A DNA stretch of 64,000 nucleotides from a bacterium. GTDB taxonomy: Bacteria > SAR324 > JACQKK01. This document shows positions 57,726-64,000 of the stretch, piece after piece; the stretch's first letter is position 1, and each line of letters starts with the position of its first letter. The translations under genes and the position numbers were made by a program. The notes under the pieces are model-generated. The model was not told the DNA's origin, ran no database searches, and saw only the letters and a program-made list of their open reading frames with translations. The stretch lies in the NCBI GenBank assembly GCA_965240465.1, contig OZ251219.1, forward strand, positions 832,001-896,000, written 5' to 3'.

Positions 57726-60700
57726 CTAAGGCGTAGGAGGACATTGAATGAAATCGGTGGGTTGGTTACAGAGTAGAAAGCCATAAACTTGGGTTACTAC
57801 GCCATAGATATCAGTTATAGTCAGGTAAGACCTTAGGCTGGGGTATTTGTCAGTTCCAGCGTCCTCCCAACTTAAGGTATCCCACTGATTGCCAACACCA
57901 AAGTCAATAGCAGTGGTACCGATATACAATTCTTTTAGTTCATTGCTAGTTTTTTCCGTGCCAATGATTAGTACGGTATCATCAGCACTATCCAGGATAC
58001 TATCACCGTAATAATAGTTGCTAGCAATTGTTGCAGCGGTCTCTTCACTGCCGATTAAGCGGCCAATTAGATCGCTTCCAGTGCCTCCAGCGACAGCACC
58101 TATGGAATAAGTGTTTTTGACGGTTCCAGAAGCAACATATCCCACTAGGCCACCTACTACGTCATCATCATCATCGCCAGCGGCAGAACCTGTAGCATAG
58201 CCGTTTTGGATGGTATCGCCGCCAGTATAACCTATCAAGCCTCCTACATAGTCCATACCGTCACCGCCAGTGGCACTGCCGTGTGCAGCCCAGCTGTTTT
58301 TGATGGGCCCCAGGTTATCACCGACCAAGCCTCCGACCCTGTCATCACCCGTACCGCCAGTGGTAGAGCCAGTGGCACTGCTATTTTGGAGAAAGGCACC
58401 GGTACTATTATCACCGACCAAGCCGCCGACATTGTCATTATCGGTGCCGCCAGCGACAGGACCGATTGCAGAGCCGTCTTCAATGGTGCCGTAGTTACTA
58501 CCGACCAAGCCGCCGACATTGTCATTATCGGTGCCGCCATCTACAGAGCCGATTGCAGAGCTGTTTTCAATGGTGCCGTAGTTACTACCGACCAAGCCTC
58601 CGGCCTTATCGCTACCCGTATCGCCATCGACAGAACCGATTGCAGAGCTGTATTCAATGGTGCCGTAGTTACTGCCGACTAAGCCGCCGACATTGTCATT
58701 ATCCGTGTTGCCAGCGACAGAGCCAGTAGCAGAGCTGTATTCAATGGTGCCGTAGTTACTACCGACCAAGCCGCCGAGGTTGTCGTAGCTACTAGTGCCA
58801 GCAGAAACTGGGAGTTCAGCAGAAATGTCGTCGAGGTCGCCGCTACTCTTACCCGCTAGAACTCCTATATGGCTAGCGTTGGCATTAGTTCCAGTATGGA
58901 AGCCACTGGTAATTGAACCTGCTACAAAGGACAAGTTTTGTATTGTGCTATTAGAACCCAGGATAGTAAAGAAGCCAGTATATTGGGTATTATTGTCAAT
59001 GGTTAGGTTTCTGATGGTATTATCGTTGCCTTTTAGGATGGCGTTAAAGTTTCCTGGGATAGGGATCCAATTTCTAGTATCAGTGCCAAGTGGGGTTGTC
59101 AGAATGATGTTATTTACTAGTTCATAGCCATTGCAACCAGAGGGAGGACAGCCCAAGTTATATTTATTACCCGTATTGTCATCATAGTGAGTTCCATCCA
59201 GGTCATAGCGGATGTTGTTTAGTTCGGCAGCCGTGGAGATTTCTATCAGGCCGTTGTTATTATCATCTATGTCTTCGTCTGAGTCTCGGCAGCCGTCGCC
59301 GTCGTAGTCGGTGGTGGGGGTGCTGATGAAGCCAGAGGGACTTTTGGGGCATATGGTGTCATTTATATCTAGTATGTGATCACCGTCGTCATCATCGTCT
59401 TCAGAATCTTTACAGCCGTCGCCGTCGTAGTCGGTGTCGGTGAGGGGACTTTCTGGACATGCTGTGTCATTGATGTCTAGTACGCCATCATCGTCGTCAT
59501 CGTTGTCTTCAGAATCTTTACAGCCGTCAGAATCGTAGTCAGGCCCGGTGAGGGGGCTGAAATGGCATATGGTGTCATTGATGTCTAGTACGCCATCATC
59601 GTCGTCGTCGTTGTCTTCAGAATCTTTACAGCCGTCAGAATCGTAGTCAGCTTCGATGAGGGGGCTGAGAGGGCATATGGTATCATTGCCATCTAGTAAG
59701 CCATCATCGTCGTCGTCGTAGTCTTCGGAATCTTTACAGCCGTCACCATCGTGGTCAGGGTGGGTGAGGGGGCTGAAATGGCATAGGGTGTCATTTATGT
59801 CTAGTACGCCATCATTGTCGTCGTCGGGGTCTTCGGGGTCGTCATCTTTACAGCCGTCGGAATCGTGGTCGGTGTCACTGTCGCTGAGGAAGTTGTGATC
59901 ATTGCTTTTTCGGCATTGGTCTAGGTCAGTGCCGTCTAGCTTATAATCGTTGATGCCATCATCGTCATCATCATCGTCTTCAGAATCTCTACATCCGTCA
60001 GAATCGTAGTCTATTTCGTTGAAGGGACTGAGAGGGCATATGGTGTCACTGGCGTCTAGTACGCCATCATTATCGTCATCGGTGTCTTCGGGGTCGTCAT
60101 CTTTACAGCCGTCGGAATCGTAGTCGGTGATATTGTCGCTGAGGAAGTTGTGATCATTGCTTTGTTGGCATTGGTCTAGGACAGTGTCGTCTAGATTATA
60201 ATCGTTGATGCCATCATTGTCGTCATCATCGTCTTCAGAATCTCTACATCCGTCAGAATCGTAGTCAATTTCGTTGAAGGGACTGAGGGGACATATGGTG
60301 TCACTGGCGTCTAGTACGCCATCATTATCGTCATCGGTGTCTTCGGGGTCATCATCTTTACAGCCGTCGGAATCGTAGTCGGTGATATTGTCGCTGAGGA
60401 AGTTGTGATCATTGCTTTGTTGGCATTGGTCTAGGGTAGTGTCGTCTAGATTATAATCGTTGATGCCATCATTGTCGTCATCATCGTCTTCAGAATCTCT
60501 ACATCCGTCAGAATCGTAGTCAATTTCGGTGAGGGGGCTGAGAGGGCATATGGTGTCACTGGCATCTAGTACGCCATCATTGTCGTCATCGGTGTCTTCG
60601 GGGTCGTCATCTTTACAGCCATCGGAATCGTAGTCGGTGATATTGTCGCTGAGGAAGTTGTGATCATTGCTTTTTTGGCATTGGTCTAGGTCAGTGCCGT

Positions 60701-61700
60701 CTAGCTTATAATCGTTGATGCCATCATTGTCGTCATCATCGTCTTCGGGGTCGTCATCTTTACAGCCGTCGGAATCGTAGTCGGTGGCACTATTGCTGAT
60801 GAAGTTGTGATCATTGCTTCTTCGGCATTGGTCTAGGGTAGTGCCGTCTAGCTTATAATCGTTGAGGCCGTCATTATCGTCATCGTGGTCTTCGGGGTCG
60901 TCATCTTTACAGCCGTCGGAATCGTGGTCGGTGGCACTATTGCTGAGGAAGTTGTGATCATTGCTTTTTTGGCATTGGTCTAGGGCGGTGTCGTCTGGAT
61001 TATAATCGTTGATACCATCATTGTCGTCGTCGGTGTCTTCGGGGTCATCATCTTGGCAGCCGTCGGAATCGTAGTCGGTGGCGGAGGTGCTAACGAAGTT
61101 TTTATCGTTGCTTTTTTGGCATTGGTCTAGGTCAGTGTCGTCTGGATTATAATCGTTGATGGCATCATTATCGTCATCGGTATCTTCGCCTGAGTCTTGG
61201 CAGCCGTCGGAATCGTAGTCGGTGGCGGGGGTGCTGATGAAGTTTTCATCATCGCTTTTTTGGCATTGGTCTAGGATTTCTTTTCTTCTATCAATATCAT
61301 TGACTCTATCATTGTCGTCATCGGGGTCTTCGTCTGAGTCTTGGCAGCCGTCGCCGTCAAAATCGGTATTAGAGTTGCTATTCCATTCTTTGGATCCGTC
61401 TTCGCATTTATCACGTTCGGTGTTATCTAGATTGGTGCCAAATAAGCCATCATTATCTTTATCTTCACCAGTACCGCCATCTTCATCTTCGGTGAAGTCT
61501 TGGCAGCCATCGGAATCTGCATCAGATATGCTGTTGCTGACAAAGGTTTGATCAGCACTTTTTAGGCATAAATCTGTGCTATCAATGATGTTATCACCAT
61601 CGGCATCAGCGGGCTTGGTACTGCCATCATTAGTATCACTACAGCCAGCTAGGAAAAGGATGAGAATAAAATTGGATAAGAATAGTAGGAACCTTTTCAT
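57726..61700 (-). CDS. GLUG-repeat lipoprotein 9 with ~800-aa Asp-rich TSP3-like stalk
   Basis: MKRFLL...FLAGC; roughly 20 D(Y/H)D(S/G)DGC units; ends LLCNQPTDFIQCPPTP. Confidence 0.88.
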   Translation of the reverse strand: MKRFLLFLSNFILILFLAGCSDTNDGSTKPADADGDNIIDSTDLCLKSADQTFVSNSISDADSDGCQDFTEDEDGGTGEDKDNDGLFGTNLDNTERDKCEDGSKEWNSNSNTDFDGDGCQDSDEDPDDDNDRVNDIDRRKEILDQCQKSDDENFISTPATDYDSDGCQDSGEDTDDDNDAINDYNPDDTDLDQCQKSNDKNFVSTSATDYDSDGCQDDDPEDTDDDNDGINDYNPDDTALDQCQKSNDHNFLSNSATDHDSDGCKDDDPEDHDDDNDGLNDYKLDGTTLDQCRRSNDHNFISNSATDYDSDGCKDDDPEDDDDDNDGINDYKLDGTDLDQCQKSNDHNFLSDNITDYDSDGCKDDDPEDTDDDNDGVLDASDTICPLSPLTEIDYDSDGCRDSEDDDDDNDGINDYNLDDTTLDQCQQSNDHNFLSDNITDYDSDGCKDDDPEDTDDDNDGVLDASDTICPLSPFNEIDYDSDGCRDSEDDDDDNDGINDYNLDDTVLDQCQQSNDHNFLSDNITDYDSDGCKDDDPEDTDDDNDGVLDASDTICPLSPFNEIDYDSDGCRDSEDDDDDDDGINDYKLDGTDLDQCRKSNDHNFLSDSDTDHDSDGCKDDDPEDPDDDNDGVLDINDTLCHFSPLTHPDHDGDGCKDSEDYDDDDDGLLDGNDTICPLSPLIEADYDSDGCKDSEDNDDDDDGVLDINDTICHFSPLTGPDYDSDGCKDSEDNDDDDDGVLDINDTACPESPLTDTDYDGDGCKDSEDDDDDGDHILDINDTICPKSPSGFISTPTTDYDGDGCRDSDEDIDDNNNGLIEISTAAELNNIRYDLDGTHYDDNTGNKYNLGCPPSGCNGYELVNNIILTTPLGTDTRNWIPIPGNFNAILKGNDNTIRNLTIDNNTQYTGFFTILGSNSTIQNLSFVAGSITSGFHTGTNANASHIGVLAGKSSGDLDDISAELPVSAGTSSYDNLGGLVGSNYGTIEYSSATGSVAGNTDNDNVGGLVGSNYGTIEYSSAIGSVDGDTGSDKAGGLVGSNYGTIENSSAIGSVDGGTDNDNVGGLVGSNYGTIEDGSAIGPVAGGTDNDNVGGLVGDNSTGAFLQNSSATGSTTGGTGDDRVGGLVGDNLGPIKNSWAAHGSATGGDGMDYVGGLIGYTGGDTIQNGYATGSAAGDDDDDVVGGLVGYVASGTVKNTYSIGAVAGGTGSDLIGRLIGSEETAATIASNYYYGDSILDSADDTVLIIGTEKTSNELKELYIGTTAIDFGVGNQWDTLSWEDAGTDKYPSLRSYLTITDIYGVVTQVYGFLLCNQPTDFIQCPPTP

Positions 61701-61763
61701 GATGACTCTACTCCCCTTATTAGAAGGGGAGGGCTGGAGATTAAGAAAGTATGTCTACTTAAT

Positions 61764-61793
61764 ATAGTATCAGTAAAAAGGTTCTCAGGTCAA
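61764..61793 (-). promoter_or_regulatory. Putative sigma70 promoter for lipoprotein 9
   Basis: TTGACC-18-TACTAT. Confidence 0.5.
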
Positions 61794-61872
61794 ATTTAAG
61801 GAGAATCTCCCCTTGGTCCCTCCCCTTACACTCCCTCTATCCCCCTACTCCTCCTAGTCCTCCCCTTAAAAT

Positions 61873-61907
61873 AAAGAAAAAAAGGGAGTGAGTTAATACT
61901 CACTCCC
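61873..61907 (-). terminator. Rho-independent terminator for lipoprotein 10
   Basis: Minus strand GGGAGTGAGT-ATTA-ACTCACTCCC followed by TTTTTTTCTTT. Confidence 0.8.
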
Positions 61908-61985
61908 AGAAGGATTCGGTTGCCTTTTTCAAGCAGTCTGCCGAAGGTATAGCCTAGGGTGCAATTGGGGGGGGGGGGGTCTAGC

Positions 61986-64000
61986 CTAGGGATTACTGGT
62001 ACACTGAACGAAATCGGTGGGTTGCTTGCAGAGTAACTTGCCTGCGATTTGGGTGATAACGGAGGGGGTGCTGGTATCAGTGGTAGTCTTATAAGACTTG
62101 AGGGTGGGATGGAAGCCAGCTTGGAATTCCCAGTTGAAAGCGTTCCAGCCAGCTAGATTTCCGTCAGTACATGATGATGCAGTGTCATTCCAAGTTCCCC
62201 CAGCTGCTTCGCAAGCAGCCAGATTATTGGGGAGATCCAGATTGATGGCTTTCAGCTGAGATTTGGTTCTGCCTTTAGCTTCATTAGTACCTGTAAGTTC
62301 TTCTATGGTCTCACCATTATTCAACTGGCTCTCACTATTGTAATAGTTGCTGGCAATTGTAAGTGCCCCAGTCCCAGTACCTTTTTTACCCAGCAAGCGT
62401 CCCACTTCATCGGTTCCCTCGCCCCCATTCACATCGCCTAAGGAATAACTGGTACCGAGGGTGACAGAAGCATACTCATTATCAGCATATCCCATCAAGC
62501 CGCCTACATTGTCATCATCAGCACCGCCATTAGCGGTGCCAGTGGCATAGCTATTTCCGACGGTGCCATTATAACCCACCAAGCCGCCTACATTGTCATC
62601 ACCAGCACCGCCATTAGCAGTGCCAGTGGCGTAGCTATTTTGAATGGTGCCACTATCACCAACAGAACCCACCAAGCCGCCTACATAGTCATTACCAGCA
62701 CCGCCATTAGCAGTGCCAGTGGCGTAGCTATTTTGAATGGTGCCACCATAATTTTCACCTACCAAACCACCTACATAATCACCATTACCATTACCGACAC
62801 TCACATTGCCAGTGGCAGAGCTGTTCTGGATCGTGCCAGCCTCATTAACACCCACCAAGCCACCTACATAGTTATTGGAACCTGAGCCAGCAACAACCGA
62901 GATCCCCGTAGAAACACCCGATATTGTTCCATTATTTCTGCCTACCAGAACCCCTATCCTGCTGGGGGTAGAGGCAATGCTCCTGCGCGTACTGGTAACC
63001 GAACCTTCTACAAAGGACAAGTTTTGGACTGTCCCATCCAATACCGCAAAAAATCCCATATTTGGGGTATCACTAACTATGATAAGGTTACTGATGGTAT
63101 TGTCATTGCCTTCTAAGGTAGCGGTAAAAGGATCTGCGTTGCTACCAACGGGATCCCAGTTTTTAGTGTCAGAGCCAGTTAGATCTGCTAGTCTGATGTC
63201 CTGAGCTAGTTCATAGCCCCTGCAATCCGTGCTGGGACAGCCCGCATTAGATGAATTACTGCCATCATTATAGTGAGTGCCTGCCAAATTACGGCGGATG
63301 TTGTTTAGCTCCTCAGCAGTGGCAATATCTATTAGACCATCGTTGTCGTCATCCACGTCAGTGACGTCTAGGATGGTGTCATTATCGTCATCATCGTCCT
63401 CGTCTGAGTCTCGGCAGCCGTCGCCATCAAAGTCGTTGATGTTATCGCCAGTGCTAATGCTGGTGAATAACTTGCCTTTGGGGCATCCGTCATCTTTGGT
63501 AGCGTCGCCGCCTGGATCAACATCGGGGACCCCATCATTGTCGTCATCTTTGTCTTCTCCATTAGGGTCGTCATCTTTGCAACCGTCGCCATCATAGTCG
63601 TTGATGTTATCGCCAGTGCTCATGCTGGTGAATAAACTGCCTTGGGGGCATTTGTCATCTTTGGTAGCGTCGCCGCCTGTATCAACATCGGGGACCCCAT
63701 CATTGTCGTCATCGGTATCCTCGCCAGCATCCCGACAACCATCGGAATCGTAGTCGGTGATAGTTACAGCAGGGTCAGTGCTAGTGCTTATGCTCGTCCA
63801 GCCTTTGTCGCCGTCTTCACACTTATCACGCTCAGTTCTAGTAGCGGGGTCGTCGCCATAAATACCATCATTATCTTCATCACTGCCATCACCACCATCT
63901 TGGTCTTCGGTACTGTCCTCGCAACCGTCCTTGTCGTCGTCGGTGGTGCTGCTGCTGATGAAGTTCTCCTCAAGGCTATTTTTGCACAGATCCTTGCTGT
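61986..64000 (-). CDS. GLUG-repeat lipoprotein 10, 5'-partial
   Basis: Frame is open to the window edge (SKDLCKNSLEENFIS..., paralogous to residue ~41 of lipoprotein 8); ends LLCKQPTDFVQCTSNP. Confidence 0.85.
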   Translation of the reverse strand, partial: SKDLCKNSLEENFISSSTTDDDKDGCEDSTEDQDGGDGSDEDNDGIYGDDPATRTERDKCEDGDKGWTSISTSTDPAVTITDYDSDGCRDAGEDTDDDNDGVPDVDTGGDATKDDKCPQGSLFTSMSTGDNINDYDGDGCKDDDPNGEDKDDDNDGVPDVDPGGDATKDDGCPKGKLFTSISTGDNINDFDGDGCRDSDEDDDDDNDTILDVTDVDDDNDGLIDIATAEELNNIRRNLAGTHYNDGSNSSNAGCPSTDCRGYELAQDIRLADLTGSDTKNWDPVGSNADPFTATLEGNDNTISNLIIVSDTPNMGFFAVLDGTVQNLSFVEGSVTSTRRSIASTPSRIGVLVGRNNGTISGVSTGISVVAGSGSNNYVGGLVGVNEAGTIQNSSATGNVSVGNGNGDYVGGLVGENYGGTIQNSYATGTANGGAGNDYVGGLVGSVGDSGTIQNSYATGTANGGAGDDNVGGLVGYNGTVGNSYATGTANGGADDDNVGGLMGYADNEYASVTLGTSYSLGDVNGGEGTDEVGRLLGKKGTGTGALTIASNYYNSESQLNNGETIEELTGTNEAKGRTKSQLKAINLDLPNNLAACEAAGGTWNDTASSCTDGNLAGWNAFNWEFQAGFHPTLKSYKTTTDTSTPSVITQIAGKLLCKQPTDFVQCTSNP

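Noticed and set aside
40223-63973. Many T/I/S-rich plus-strand and alternate-frame ORFs across the array
   Set aside because: Shadows of GLUG and Asp-rich repeats
39551-64000. Diversity-generating retroelement, shufflon or integron driving the array
   Set aside because: No reverse transcriptase, recombinase or integrase in the window; no adenine-specific TR/VR pair noticed; all genes are co-oriented and the shared palindrome looks like a terminator

Overview
Bacterial chromosomal window, probably a delta-proteobacteria-like and possibly host-associated lineage. This is an inference from the RpsA/RecD2/sigma54 gene style and was not tested. Positions 1-39.4 kb hold housekeeping genes (rnd, yhhQ, mrp, tRNA-Lys/Glu, two trkH, clpB, greA, M23 peptidase, rpsA, xseB, a TPR/histidine kinase/sigma54 regulator trio, mdh, ispE, XRE regulator, CaCA antiporter, yfiH, anmK, recD2, argS, a long radC, aroB, uvrC), with many short tandem duplications and G/C tracts. 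Positions 39.5-64 kb are an array of at least 10 co-oriented minus-strand paralogous lipoprotein genes. They share a lipobox, Asp-rich TSP3-like repeats, GLUG repeats and a conserved LLCxQ...DF(V/I)QC C-terminus, and most have their own promoter. The most striking item is a ~650-nt stretch inside the array (~44880-45535, minus strand). It has a near-consensus sigma70 promoter, no credible ORF and dense base-pairing, so it is a candidate large structured ncRNA. All folding, skew and homology calls were made by eye.
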